Of a DNA stretch of 64,000 nt, positions 44,301 through 54,022 are shown piece by piece. The notes below the pieces were generated by a model, which saw only the letters and a list, made by a program, of their open reading frames with translations, had not been told where the DNA came from and ran no database searches. The position numbers and the translations under genes are program-made. This DNA is from Candidatus Woesebacteria bacterium RBG_13_46_13. GTDB taxonomy: Bacteria; Patescibacteriota; Microgenomatia; UBA8517. The DNA lies in the NCBI GenBank assembly GCA_001791995.1, contig MGFR01000002.1, positions 36,457 to 100,456 of the forward strand, read 5' to 3'. Within the stretch, counting starts at the first letter, position 1. Each line of letters opens with the position of its first letter.

Positions 44301-45269
44301 GTGAAAAGGAAAAAGATAGTTGTGGTTGGTGGGGGGACCGGAACCTACCAGGTTCTTATGGGCCTCAAAAAATACCCCGTTGATATTTCGGCCGTAATCT
44401 CCATGTGCGATTCCGGAGGCTCCACGGGTAGGCTGCGCAAAGAGTTGGGGATTCTTCCTCCCGGTGACGTCAGAAGGGCTATTTTGGCCTTATCGGATTT
44501 GCCTTTTGCCAGAAAAACCTTGGAGGAGGTTTTCGATTTTCGCTTTGAGGACGGCAAAACCCTGGCCGGCCACTCCCTCGGCAACATCCTCCTGGCCGCC
44601 CTCACCCAGATAACCGGAAGCATGGATAAGGCGATAGAAGAGGCTTCAAGAATCTTAAACGCATCGGGAAATATTTACCCCGTGACTTTGGACAAAACCA
44701 ACCTGGTTGCAATTTTAAGAGATGGTACCCGGGTCTTTGGGGAGACAAACATCGACATGAGGAACATTAAGCCCGAAGTCCCTATTAAAACTGTTTTCTT
44801 AACACCCAAGGCTAAAGTATTCAAGGGAGCGGCAAAAGCTTTAAAAGAAGCCGACCTGATTGTTCTCGGGCCGGGAGACTTGTATTCGAGTTTGGTTCCT
44901 ACCGTTTTGGTCAAAGGGGTAACCCGGGCCATCAAAAAATCCAAAGCCAAGCTGGTATACGTTGTTAACCTGATGACCAAACGGGGAGAATCGGACGGAT
45001 TTAAGGCTTCGGATTTCGTAAATGTTATCCAAGAATATCTGTCCGATTCGGCCAATAGCCTTGGCTATGTCATCGTCAACCGGCGTGTCAACGGATCTAA
45101 AACCAAAATAAGCTCCTGGTACAAGCGCTACGGTTCTATCCCGGTTGTCAACGATATCGCCAGAAGCAAGCGGCCGTACAAGATTGTCTCAGGTCAGTTT
45201 GTGGACACCACAACCTTTTTCAGACACAACCCGGACAAGATTGCCAAGACCATATTCTCGCTTCTTTAG
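44301..45269 (+). CDS. YvcK/CofD-like (UPF0052) gluconeogenesis factor family protein
   Basis: KIVVVGGGTGTYQVLMGLKKY...AVISMCDSGGSTGRLR...GPGDLYSSLVP. Confidence 0.75.
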   Translation: MKRKKIVVVGGGTGTYQVLMGLKKYPVDISAVISMCDSGGSTGRLRKELGILPPGDVRRAILALSDLPFARKTLEEVFDFRFEDGKTLAGHSLGNILLAALTQITGSMDKAIEEASRILNASGNIYPVTLDKTNLVAILRDGTRVFGETNIDMRNIKPEVPIKTVFLTPKAKVFKGAAKALKEADLIVLGPGDLYSSLVPTVLVKGVTRAIKKSKAKLVYVVNLMTKRGESDGFKASDFVNVIQEYLSDSANSLGYVIVNRRVNGSKTKISSWYKRYGSIPVVNDIARSKRPYKIVSGQFVDTTTFFRHNPDKIAKTIFSLL

Positions 45270-45317
45270 ACGTTTGTGGTCCTTGTCGGAGAGTAAAGAA
45301 GTTACTATACTGATGCC

Positions 45318-45638
45318 GTGAAAGACTGCATCTTTTGCAATATAATCTCGGGAAAGGTTCCTGCCGAGATAGAAAAAGAAAGCGAAAAAATAGTCGTTTT
45401 CAAAGATAAATTCCCAAAAGCTCCAGTCCATTTGCTTTTGGTTCCCAAGAAACATTACCGCGACATTACCGAGGCGGATGGGGATATCTGGGAAGAGATA
45501 CGCTCTCTCGCCGTAGAGCTTGCCAAAGAGAAGAAAATGACGGGTTTCAGGTTAGTGCACAACGCCGGAGCCGCAGCCATGGTTCAACACATGCACGTTC
45601 ACTTTCTTGGGGAAGTGCTTATGGAGAGGGAATTATGA
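45318..45638 (+). CDS. HIT family hydrolase
   Basis: CIFCNII... and the histidine triad HMHVHFL. Confidence 0.8.
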   Translation: MKDCIFCNIISGKVPAEIEKESEKIVVFKDKFPKAPVHLLLVPKKHYRDITEADGDIWEEIRSLAVELAKEKKMTGFRLVHNAGAAAMVQHMHVHFLGEVLMEREL

Positions 45639-46081
45639 TTGCAGATACCATTACTAAACAAATTGCCGAAGCCCTCAAAGCCAGGGACGAAATAAGGTTG
45701 TCTACCCTGCGTCTTTTATCCTCCGCCCTCAATTACGAATTTATTGCCAAGCAGCACAAGCTTTCCGAGGAAGAGGAGCTGGTGGTGGTCGGGCGCGAAG
45801 CCAAAAAAAGGAAAGAGGCGATAGAGGCTTACGAAAAAGCCGGAGCCCAGGACCGGGCCGACAAAGAAAGAAAGGAATTGGAAATTCTTTCCGCATGGCT
45901 ACCGGCCCAAATGCCGGATAATGAAATCGAAGCCATTGTCACCGAGGCCATATCCCAAACCGGAGCAACCTCAATTGCCGAAATGGGCAAGGTGATGGGG
46001 GCGGCTATGGCGAAGGTCGCCGGGCGGGCCGACGGGACAAAAGTCTCGGAGATGGTCAAACAAAAACTATCTAATTTATAA
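45635..46081 (+). CDS. GatB/YqeY domain protein
   Basis: MIADTITKQIAEALKARDEIRLSTLRLLSSAL... is the typical YqeY start. Confidence 0.75.
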   Translation: MIADTITKQIAEALKARDEIRLSTLRLLSSALNYEFIAKQHKLSEEEELVVVGREAKKRKEAIEAYEKAGAQDRADKERKELEILSAWLPAQMPDNEIEAIVTEAISQTGATSIAEMGKVMGAAMAKVAGRADGTKVSEMVKQKLSNL

Positions 46082-46110
46082 ACCGTTAATGCAACACCAA
46101 TTAGTCATCC

Positions 46111-46503
46111 ATGATTAAGATCAATGTTAAAAAACAAAGCAGCTACCCCGTCAGCACAAGCAAATTAAGAGCGGCATTAAAAGATTTCTTCAAGGGCCAG
46201 GGAATCGTATCCGATGCGGAGGTCTCGGTCGCAATCGTGGGGGAGGCGAGAATGCTCTCGCTGGGAAAAAAGTATCTCAAGGAGTCCTCGCGCGTGGCCC
46301 ATGATGTTTTGTCCTTTACCCAGGAGGAAGTAAGGGGTAAATTTATATACCCACCGGACGGGTTGATACACTTGGGAGAGATAGTTATTTGTTATCCGCG
46401 GGTTGTGGCCACGGCCAAGAAAGAGGGCAAGTTGATTGACGAAGTTGTGATTGAATTGGCGGTTCACTCCGCACTGCATTTGATGGGAGTACATCACGAA
46501 TGA
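46111..46503 (+). CDS. ybeY: Endoribonuclease YbeY (rRNA maturation)
   Basis: HSALHLMGVHHE at the C-terminus is the H3xH5xH motif. Confidence 0.85.
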   Translation: MIKINVKKQSSYPVSTSKLRAALKDFFKGQGIVSDAEVSVAIVGEARMLSLGKKYLKESSRVAHDVLSFTQEEVRGKFIYPPDGLIHLGEIVICYPRVVATAKKEGKLIDEVVIELAVHSALHLMGVHHE

Positions 46504-47987
46504 TTACTTATTACAGAAAATACAGACCCCAGAGGATAGAGGAGCTGGATATTGCCGAGGTCAGGGAAAGCCTCGGGCGTATCGTTAAAGCCGGCAAGAT
46601 TCCCCACGCCTTCCTTTTTTCGGGACCCAAAGGAACGGGTAAAACTTCAGCCGCAAGAATTATTGCCAAAATCGTAAATTGCAAAAAGCCAAAATCTGCC
46701 CCCTGCAACAAATGCGAAGAGTGTACCTCCATCAACCGGGGAGCCAATATCGATGTGGTCGAGTTGGACGCGGCCAGCCATAGAGGCATAGAGGATGTCA
46801 GGAGTTTAAGGGATGCGGTTAAGCTTGCCCCCGCCAAGGCCAACAAGAAAGTTTATATCATCGATGAGGTTCACATGATGACCGTTGAGGCCTCAAATGC
46901 GCTTTTGAAAACCCTGGAGGAGCCTCCCGAACACGTGATGTTTATCCTGGCAACCACCAATCCCGAAAAACTTATCGAAACCATCCGTTCCCGAACAACC
47001 AATATTGCCTTCCGTAAAGCCACGACCGAAGAGATTGTCAGATCTCTTTCCCGGGTGGTTAAGGGAGAAAAGATAAAAATAAAGCCGGACGGACTGGCCA
47101 AAATTGCCTCTGGGGCGGGGGGCTCCTTCCGCGATGCGGTAAAGGTTCTTGAGCAGCTCGTTTCGGAAAAAAGACCTCTGGCTGCGGATTCGATTGAGGA
47201 ATTTCTTTTCCAGACCAAGGCGATCGGGGTCGAGGGGTTAATTGAAATTCTGGGGCGTAAAGATGCCAAATCTGCCCTGGAGGAGGTGGCCAGGATATCG
47301 GCCCGCGGGGTTACGATATCCAACCTACTCGAAGCCCTAATCTCCAGTTTAAGGGTGTCGCTTTTGGGCAAGGTAGGTATAGGTAGCGACAATCTAAAAA
47401 GCTTTTCCAAGGCCGATGTTTTGATCCTGATAAAACTATTTTCAAGGGCACAGTCAGAGATTAAGGATGCCATTATCGAGGAGCTGCCGTTGGAGATTGC
47501 CATGGTTGAGTGGTGTGAAGATATTGAGGGAAACCCCCAACCTGTTCGGCCGGATCCGGAAACAAAGACATCCGAACCCGCGGCTGCCCCTGCTAAAGAG
47601 CAAGCCCCAGTGGGACATGCAGCCATCGGTTCGACCCTCAAGGCAATCAGCGAGGAGATCTGGAGAACTATTTTGGCACAGGTCAAACCCATCAATACTT
47701 CCATCGAGGCGCTTTTAAGAGCCGCCAAACCGATAGGCTATGACGGTAAGGTGCTAACCCTGGGCGTCTACTACCGCTTCCACAAAGAAAGGCTGGAAGA
47801 TACCCAGCACCGCCGGGTTTTGGAAGATGTGGCCGGGGGAGTATTGGGAACACCCATAAAAGTGGTCTGTACTTTAACCGAACAGGAGCCAAGGCCCAAA
47901 CCGCAGGTGGTTGAAGAAAAAACCGTTTTGACCGAGGGAGAGGATAAAGATATAATCAAAATTGCCGAAGAGATATTCGGAAACTAA
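46500..47987 (+). CDS. dnaX: DNA polymerase III subunit gamma/tau
   Basis: YRKYRPQRIEEL..., GPKGTGKTSAARIIAK..., zinc module CNKCEECTSI. Confidence 0.9.
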   Translation: MITYYRKYRPQRIEELDIAEVRESLGRIVKAGKIPHAFLFSGPKGTGKTSAARIIAKIVNCKKPKSAPCNKCEECTSINRGANIDVVELDAASHRGIEDVRSLRDAVKLAPAKANKKVYIIDEVHMMTVEASNALLKTLEEPPEHVMFILATTNPEKLIETIRSRTTNIAFRKATTEEIVRSLSRVVKGEKIKIKPDGLAKIASGAGGSFRDAVKVLEQLVSEKRPLAADSIEEFLFQTKAIGVEGLIEILGRKDAKSALEEVARISARGVTISNLLEALISSLRVSLLGKVGIGSDNLKSFSKADVLILIKLFSRAQSEIKDAIIEELPLEIAMVEWCEDIEGNPQPVRPDPETKTSEPAAAPAKEQAPVGHAAIGSTLKAISEEIWRTILAQVKPINTSIEALLRAAKPIGYDGKVLTLGVYYRFHKERLEDTQHRRVLEDVAGGVLGTPIKVVCTLTEQEPRPKPQVVEEKTVLTEGEDKDIIKIAEEIFGN

Positions 47988-47989
47988 AA

Positions 47990-48271
47990 ATGTTTGACAA
48001 ATTTAAACAAATAAACGAGTTGCGCAAAATGCGCTCCCAGGCAATGGAGCTGCAAAAAGAACTCGAGAAAATAAAGGAGTCCACCGAAAAAGGAAACATG
48101 AAGGTGGTTGTCACCGGAGATCAGAAAATTGCCTATATCGAGATTGACGGAGAAGAAAAGCGGGAATTGGCCGATTTGATTAACGAGGCCATGAAGAAGG
48201 TTCAAAAAGAAGCTGCCAAGAAGATGCTCGAGATGGGTGGTGGACTCTCCGGCCTTCTCGGAAAAATGTAA
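47990..48271 (+). CDS. ybaB: Nucleoid-associated protein YbaB/EbfC
   Basis: 93 aa, ...MRSQAMELQKELEKIKE...VVVTGDQKIAYIEIDG... In the dnaX-ybaB-recR context. Confidence 0.85.
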   Translation: MFDKFKQINELRKMRSQAMELQKELEKIKESTEKGNMKVVVTGDQKIAYIEIDGEEKRELADLINEAMKKVQKEAAKKMLEMGGGLSGLLGKM

Positions 48272-48879
48272 TGAGGATAGCCAAGCCCATAGCGGCTCTT
48301 ATCGAAGCATTCGAAAAACTTCCCGGAATAGGTCCCAAGACGGCTCAAAGACTGACTTTCTATTTACTCCATGTGCCGCAGCGGGAACTGAATTTATTCG
48401 CGCAGTCCCTCTCAAGAATCAAAAAAGACACCGTTCTTTGTGGCACTTGCCGTAATGTTTCGGAGACGGACCCCTGCCCAATCTGTTCCGAAGCCTCAAG
48501 AGATGTCTCCACTATAATGGTAGTAGAGCAACCGCTGGATATTTTGGCCTTCGAAAAAACCGGCAAATACCGGGGGCTCTATCACGTTTTGCACGGGAGC
48601 ATTAGCCCCTTGGAAAATATCGGACCGGATGAGATATATATCGATGATTTGCTGCGCAGGGTCTCGAGTAAAAAATCGCGGGTCAAAGAGCTCATAATTG
48701 CCACCAATCCGACGATGGAGGGGGAGGCAACGGCAATGTATCTGAACAAGAAATTAAAAATGAAAAATTTGAAATTAACTATTTCGAGGTTGGGAATGGG
48801 AATTCCCACTGGAGCGGATTTGGAATACGCGGATGAAACGACACTTTCCCAGGCGATTGCCGGAAGGAGGGAAATTTAA
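48271..48879 (+). CDS. recR: Recombination protein RecR
   Basis: LIEAFEKLPGIGPKTAQRLTFYLL is the HhH, followed by a C4 zinc finger (CGTCRNVSETDPCPIC) and Toprim. Confidence 0.9.
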   Translation: MRIAKPIAALIEAFEKLPGIGPKTAQRLTFYLLHVPQRELNLFAQSLSRIKKDTVLCGTCRNVSETDPCPICSEASRDVSTIMVVEQPLDILAFEKTGKYRGLYHVLHGSISPLENIGPDEIYIDDLLRRVSSKKSRVKELIIATNPTMEGEATAMYLNKKLKMKNLKLTISRLGMGIPTGADLEYADETTLSQAIAGRREI

Positions 48880-49326
48880 ATGGCGGGTATTGTAGCCGAC
48901 AGTGCCAAAAGTGCCAAGAGCCTGGCCCAGCAGGTAGCCAGGCAAATGGCCAGGGAGCCTCTGGAAGTTCTTAAAGAGGCCGGACAACAGGTAGCAGGAA
49001 CAGAAGAGCGGCCATCGCAGGAAACCGCGGCGCCGAAAGAAGCTGGTTTTTTGCCCGAAGAGAAGGCGCGAATCGAGTCGCAGGGAGCAAGAGCGCTGGC
49101 TGCGCTTGAAGAGGAACTGAAGGATATCCGGATAGAGAAAGGGAGAAAAGAGCTTATCCAAAAAGAAGAAGAAAGGGCCCAGGTGGTTGCCCAAGAGAAC
49201 CAGAAAAACGAAGCGTTACCAGGAATCCCCGCAAAACCCTCTAGGAGGTTTCCGGGTTTTGGACAGAAGGCCCAGGCGGAAAAACAAAAAACCCGTATCG
49301 AAAAACCCCTGCCGCCGTCGGGTTAA
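48880..49326 (+). CDS. Hypothetical charged/low-complexity protein
   Basis: 148 aa, E/K/A/Q-rich. Confidence 0.4.
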   Translation: MAGIVADSAKSAKSLAQQVARQMAREPLEVLKEAGQQVAGTEERPSQETAAPKEAGFLPEEKARIESQGARALAALEEELKDIRIEKGRKELIQKEEERAQVVAQENQKNEALPGIPAKPSRRFPGFGQKAQAEKQKTRIEKPLPPSG

Positions 49327-49361
49327 TTTACAATTACCCCCCAACAATTTACAATTGATTC

Positions 49362-50765
49362 GTGGCTGATATTTATTTATATAACTCCCTTTCCCGCCAG
49401 AAAGAATTGTTTGCCCCGCTTAAGGCCCCTGATGTCGGAATGTATGCCTGCGGTCCCACTGTTTATGATTATCAGCACATCGGCAATATGCGCCGTTATG
49501 TCGGAGACGACACTCTCAAAAGAGTTCTGGCCCTAAACGGTTTTAAAGTTAAGCACGTTATGAACGTTACCGACGTGGGACATTTGACCTCGGATGCCGA
49601 TACGGGAGAGGACAAGCTGGAAAAAAGTGCTGCCGAAAAAGGAAAGAGCGCAGCCGAAATTGCACGATTTTTCGAAGAGCAGTTTTTCTCTTCAACGGAT
49701 GCCCTAAATGTTATCAGGCCCGACATTCTCTGCCGCGCCACCGAACATGTTTCCGAGCAGATAGAGCTTATCAAAAAGATAGAAGAGAACGGTTTTACCT
49801 ACCTGACGGATGACGGAGTTTATTTCGATACGACAAAACTCAAAGATTACGGACGCCTTGCCGGCGGAAAAGAGGGAATTAAACCCGGGGTCAGAGTCGA
49901 TATCGCCGGAAAGAAAAACCCAACCGATTTTGCCTTGTGGAAATTTAGCCCCAAGGATTCAAAAAGACAAATGGAATGGGATAGCCCCTGGGGGACGGGC
50001 TTCCCGGGTTGGCATATCGAATGTTCGGCAATGAGTATGAAATATTTGGGAGAGACCTTTGATATCCATACGGGTGGAGTAGATCACGTTGCGGTTCACC
50101 ATACCAACGAGATTGCCCAAAGCGAAGCCGCGACAGGCAAGGCACCGGTTAAATATTGGGTCCATTATGAATTTTTGCAGGTGGATGGGGCTAAAATGGC
50201 CAAAAGTTTGGGAAATACCTATACGGTTACCGATGTCGAAAAGAAAGGATTTGACCCCCTGGCCTTAAGATATCTTTTTCTTTCTGCCCACTACCGCGAC
50301 AGCCTGAATTTTACCTGGGAGTCATTGCAAGCCGCCCAAAATGCCCTGGAAAAGCTGCGTTCGGCGGTCGCCGCATTGAAAGACGAGAAGACCAGAACGG
50401 CTCTTTCGTCCGAAAAGGATGCAAAAACGCAAACGTTTCGTGAAGAATTTGTTAAATCGGTAAATGACGATATCAATACCGCCTCGGCCCTGGCCGTAGT
50501 CTGGCAGATGCTTAAAAGCAATATTCCTTCGGAAGATAAATACGATTTGGCAATCGCTTTTGATGAGGTTTTGGGATTGGGGCTGGCTAAAGCCACTGTT
50601 GGCAAAGTCGAGATTCCCGGAAAAGTGCAAGAACTTCTCGATAAAAGGAATCAATTAAGAGAGCAGGGTAAGTTTGAGGAAGCAGACGGGGTTAGAAAAG
50701 AGATAGAAGAGGCGGGATTTGTTTTGGAGGATTCGTCCCAAGGCACGAAAATTAAACCCCGATGA
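49362..50765 (+). CDS. cysS: Cysteinyl-tRNA synthetase
   Basis: MYACGPTVYDYQHIGNMR is the HIGH region. KMAKSLGN is the KMSKS motif. Confidence 0.9.
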   Translation: MADIYLYNSLSRQKELFAPLKAPDVGMYACGPTVYDYQHIGNMRRYVGDDTLKRVLALNGFKVKHVMNVTDVGHLTSDADTGEDKLEKSAAEKGKSAAEIARFFEEQFFSSTDALNVIRPDILCRATEHVSEQIELIKKIEENGFTYLTDDGVYFDTTKLKDYGRLAGGKEGIKPGVRVDIAGKKNPTDFALWKFSPKDSKRQMEWDSPWGTGFPGWHIECSAMSMKYLGETFDIHTGGVDHVAVHHTNEIAQSEAATGKAPVKYWVHYEFLQVDGAKMAKSLGNTYTVTDVEKKGFDPLALRYLFLSAHYRDSLNFTWESLQAAQNALEKLRSAVAALKDEKTRTALSSEKDAKTQTFREEFVKSVNDDINTASALAVVWQMLKSNIPSEDKYDLAIAFDEVLGLGLAKATVGKVEIPGKVQELLDKRNQLREQGKFEEADGVRKEIEEAGFVLEDSSQGTKIKPR

Positions 50766-51400
50766 AAACAGCCGCAGTAATTTTTGACCTCGACGGAACC
50801 GTTTTGGACAACGAAGACGAATACGGCGCATCTTTTAAGGCGGTGTTGGAATCCCTCGGAGGTAAAGACATTTCCGAGTATCCTCAGGTGGGAGGGATTG
50901 GGGTCAAGGAAAACTGGCCCATTCTTTTGGAAAAATACCACCTCAAATCCGTTAAATCCATCGAAGAGCTGGCTCACAAAACCCAAGAGGAGTATTTGTC
51001 GCGTCTTTCAAGCGTTACCTTAAAACCCGGTTTTGAGGATTTTGTAGCATCCCTTAGGGAAAAAGAAATCAAGACCGCCCTGGCTACTTCCAACGGCTGG
51101 TGGGTGGTCGATGAGGTTTTTGACAAACTCAGACTGGACGTCTATTTCGATATTGTAACCACGGGGGAAGAGGTTAACTTTAAAAAGCCCGACCCGGACT
51201 TGTTTCTGGTCACTGCCGATAAATTGGGACTAATGCCCGCGGAGTGTATCGTTATCGAGGATGCGGCCAGCGGTATCGAAGCGGCACGCAGGGCCGGAAT
51301 GAAATCTTTTGCGATAGCCAGAGACAAAGAGAATGCCCAAACATTAAAGGCAGCTGATAAAATAGTTTTTGCCTATAAGGAGATAACTATTAATGTCTGA
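50762..51400 (+). CDS. HAD-superfamily hydrolase (beta-phosphoglucomutase-like subfamily)
   Basis: AVIFDLDGTVLDNE (motif I DxDGT), ...KTALATSNG..., ...IVIEDAASGIEAARRAGM... Confidence 0.7.
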   Translation: MKTAAVIFDLDGTVLDNEDEYGASFKAVLESLGGKDISEYPQVGGIGVKENWPILLEKYHLKSVKSIEELAHKTQEEYLSRLSSVTLKPGFEDFVASLREKEIKTALATSNGWWVVDEVFDKLRLDVYFDIVTTGEEVNFKKPDPDLFLVTADKLGLMPAECIVIEDAASGIEAARRAGMKSFAIARDKENAQTLKAADKIVFAYKEITINV

Positions 51401-51899
51401 AGCCCAAGAACAGCCGGGCCATCAATTGGAGTGGGGCTATGAAATTCCCACACTGGTGGCGGAAAGGATAAAACAAAATGCGCCGATAATCGGCGGTCTG
51501 GACGTTGCGAAAGTACTTAGGGGGCACGTTCTGCAACTAATACTCGGAGACGACTCCGGTGTTTTCGGTACCGCCGTGCTTTGGTTTGACGCCAAGATAA
51601 TGAAGCCGGAGGAGGCAATTGCCCACAAAGAGATATTTATGAATAGGGTCAGGTGGGAACTTGAACAAGACGAGACCCCGCAGAGGATAAAAGAGATGTT
51701 GATTCCCTATCAAAAAAAATTAACGGAGACCAATTGGGATACGGAGGCAAAAGTCCGAGAGTCGAGAGCCGTCTGGGAAGAAACGGTCCATTCCAAGGTA
51801 GCCGGGATGGTTGAGGCAAACGAGGATGGTTACAAGGACGCAAGGGATGAGTATGAGCGTTACGAGGACGAGGTCAGAAAAAGAAAACTCAACCGCTAA
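51393..51899 (+). CDS. Hypothetical protein
   Basis: 168 aa ORF overlapping the upstream stop. Confidence 0.45.
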   Translation: MSEAQEQPGHQLEWGYEIPTLVAERIKQNAPIIGGLDVAKVLRGHVLQLILGDDSGVFGTAVLWFDAKIMKPEEAIAHKEIFMNRVRWELEQDETPQRIKEMLIPYQKKLTETNWDTEAKVRESRAVWEETVHSKVAGMVEANEDGYKDARDEYERYEDEVRKRKLNR

Positions 51900-52215
51900 A
51901 GGTAATTCTTTTTAATTCGAAGCGTTTGATAACTAGACCAATATGGTCGATTAAGGGAAAATAATTTTTGACCTCCGCCTGAAATTTCTCCGCCAGATTG
52001 GTGGTGTAGTTTGAGTAGCCGGCTTTTTCGGATTGTCTGCAGAGCTTACCTTCCCACTCTTTAACCACCAGCATGACCTCCGCCCCGATGCGGTTATATT
52101 CCTCCTGGTTGGCGTCGGTATCCAGGGAATATTTATCGTGGATGAGCCTGAACTTTGCGAAAAGATCCTTATTTGCATCTAGCATTCTGCGGGCGTACTC
52201 TTTATATTTGGGCAT
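51889..52215 (-). CDS. Hypothetical protein
   Basis: 108 aa ORF, convergent with the upstream gene. Confidence 0.4.
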   Translation of the reverse strand: MPKYKEYARRMLDANKDLFAKFRLIHDKYSLDTDANQEEYNRIGAEVMLVVKEWEGKLCRQSEKAGYSNYTTNLAEKFQAEVKNYFPLIDHIGLVIKRFELKRITFSG

Positions 52216-52260
52216 AATTAGAAATTATATACAAGAAATCGGTTTGATATAATCCCAAAT

Positions 52261-53985
52261 ATGCAAGGAATAATTTTCGAATCCGGGAATAAGGACAAAG
52301 AAGAAGCGAAAGAAACTCCGAAACAGGATCAGGCCGAGGTGGTTAAGGAGACGGCTCCGGAGGTAAAAGGAAGCCTAAGCGCAGAGGCTTTGACCCTTCT
52401 GAAATATTATCAGTCGACCATTAAGGAAGAAACTTCCCAACAATGGGAACCGAAAGTTAAAGTGGGGGAAACCCTCTCGGGGGTTGCCCAGGTTTACGAG
52501 AGGTTAAGATACGCGGTTGACTACAAGAAAGAGCACCTCTTAAGAAGAAATGCCATCGAGCGCATCCTCAAGCGGCAGCTTAGGACGGTGGAAAGAAATC
52601 CGCGTGAGATAGCCGACAACCTGATCAAGGAGCTTATCTGGGCAAGATACTTAAGAAACGATTATCTGCCCGTGTCCCGTACCGAGGCCGCAGCCGGAAT
52701 AATTGCCAAATACTTAAAGTTTTTTAGTCTTATCCCCAGCCGTTATCACGATAGGAAAGAAGGGGCCTGGTGGAGAGACTGGCTGATCTCGATTGCCTCC
52801 TGTGAGCTTGAGGAAGCAATCGATCCGTCCCTAATCTCAATCGACGCTTTATCCCTTTCAACCCTTGCCTGGTTTAAGAAACGCTACCAATGGTTGGGGG
52901 ACGGACTTGATGATACCCAAAAAGACATCCAGACAACGATTGCGGTTTACCGGGGACTTTTCAGAACGGATGATGCCAGAACCGCATATCATCTTCTGAA
53001 AAACATGTATCCCCAGTGGAGCAATATTCGCGCCGAGGATCTCGACGGAAATACTCCAAAAATTTTCGATCTCTTTGCTACCATCCGTGCGGACTTAAAT
53101 CCCGCGATTCAAACCAGACTTTACAGATTCGTACAAAGACAGATTTCGGCTTTTCAAATCCTCAAAGAAGTTATCGAGCAGGATGTGGAGAATGCAGCCA
53201 GGGTCTTTGCCAATCCCCAGGTTTTGGAAGAAGCCGTTTATGACGTTTGTGAGGAAAAGTACGGAGAGATTAGCGACAGGGTTGCCCGGGGGATTATCCG
53301 GAGCATTATCTATATCTTTGTGACCAAGATTTTCTTTGCGATAGTCATTGAAATTCCTTACGAATACTATTTTCTGGGAGGGATCAGCTATGTGCCTCTT
53401 TTGACCACGGTTCTTATCCCCATCCTTTTTGTCTTTTTGGTGGCCCTGACTATCAAAAAACCAAATGAAGCCAATACCCAAAGAATTTTGGAAAAGATAT
53501 CCGACTTTGTTTATGTATCGGGTCGCAAGGAAAAAACCAAATTCAGTCTAACCGCAGCCAATAGGGGAGGAATAATGTATAAGGCCTTTGCCTTTGTCTA
53601 TAGCGTCCTTTTCCTTTTGATTTTCGGAGCGATTTCGTATTTGCTGCAGAAGATCGGCTTTAATTTCGTAGGAGGAGTGATCTTCTTTATCTTCTTATCC
53701 TTGGTTCTCTTATTCGCCTACCGGGTTAAGTTTACCGCCTCGGAGCTGAATGTCACCGAGCCGAAAGAAAGTCTTTTGTCCCACCTGATGACAAATTTGA
53801 GTCTGCCGTTATTGGATGTGGGAGTCTGGTTGTCCGATAAATTTTCCAGATTTAACTTTTTGATAGTGTTTTTGGATATCCTGATCGAGGCGCCTCTGAA
53901 AAACATCATCGGAGTTGCGGATGAATGGACCTCGTTTGTGAAGGAGAGAAAAGAGGAAGTCGTCGAAATCCCCGTCGAGAGATAA
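52261..53985 (+). CDS. Hypothetical large protein: soluble N-terminal region plus C-terminal polytopic membrane region
   Basis: 574 aa. Hydrophobic helices from about residue 330 onward (IIYIFVTKIFFAIVIEIPY..., LLIFGAISYLLQKIGFNFVGGVIFFIFLSLVLLF...). Confidence 0.5.
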   Translation: MQGIIFESGNKDKEEAKETPKQDQAEVVKETAPEVKGSLSAEALTLLKYYQSTIKEETSQQWEPKVKVGETLSGVAQVYERLRYAVDYKKEHLLRRNAIERILKRQLRTVERNPREIADNLIKELIWARYLRNDYLPVSRTEAAAGIIAKYLKFFSLIPSRYHDRKEGAWWRDWLISIASCELEEAIDPSLISIDALSLSTLAWFKKRYQWLGDGLDDTQKDIQTTIAVYRGLFRTDDARTAYHLLKNMYPQWSNIRAEDLDGNTPKIFDLFATIRADLNPAIQTRLYRFVQRQISAFQILKEVIEQDVENAARVFANPQVLEEAVYDVCEEKYGEISDRVARGIIRSIIYIFVTKIFFAIVIEIPYEYYFLGGISYVPLLTTVLIPILFVFLVALTIKKPNEANTQRILEKISDFVYVSGRKEKTKFSLTAANRGGIMYKAFAFVYSVLFLLIFGAISYLLQKIGFNFVGGVIFFIFLSLVLLFAYRVKFTASELNVTEPKESLLSHLMTNLSLPLLDVGVWLSDKFSRFNFLIVFLDILIEAPLKNIIGVADEWTSFVKERKEEVVEIPVER

Positions 53986-54022
53986 CTATAATTCAGATTT
54001 TATCTATACTATAATTGGAAGA

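Noticed and set aside
46871-47728. 285 aa antisense ORF inside dnaX
   Set aside because: Entirely within the strongly supported dnaX frame, and the Ser/Ala-rich composition is typical of the antisense strand of a GC-moderate gene.
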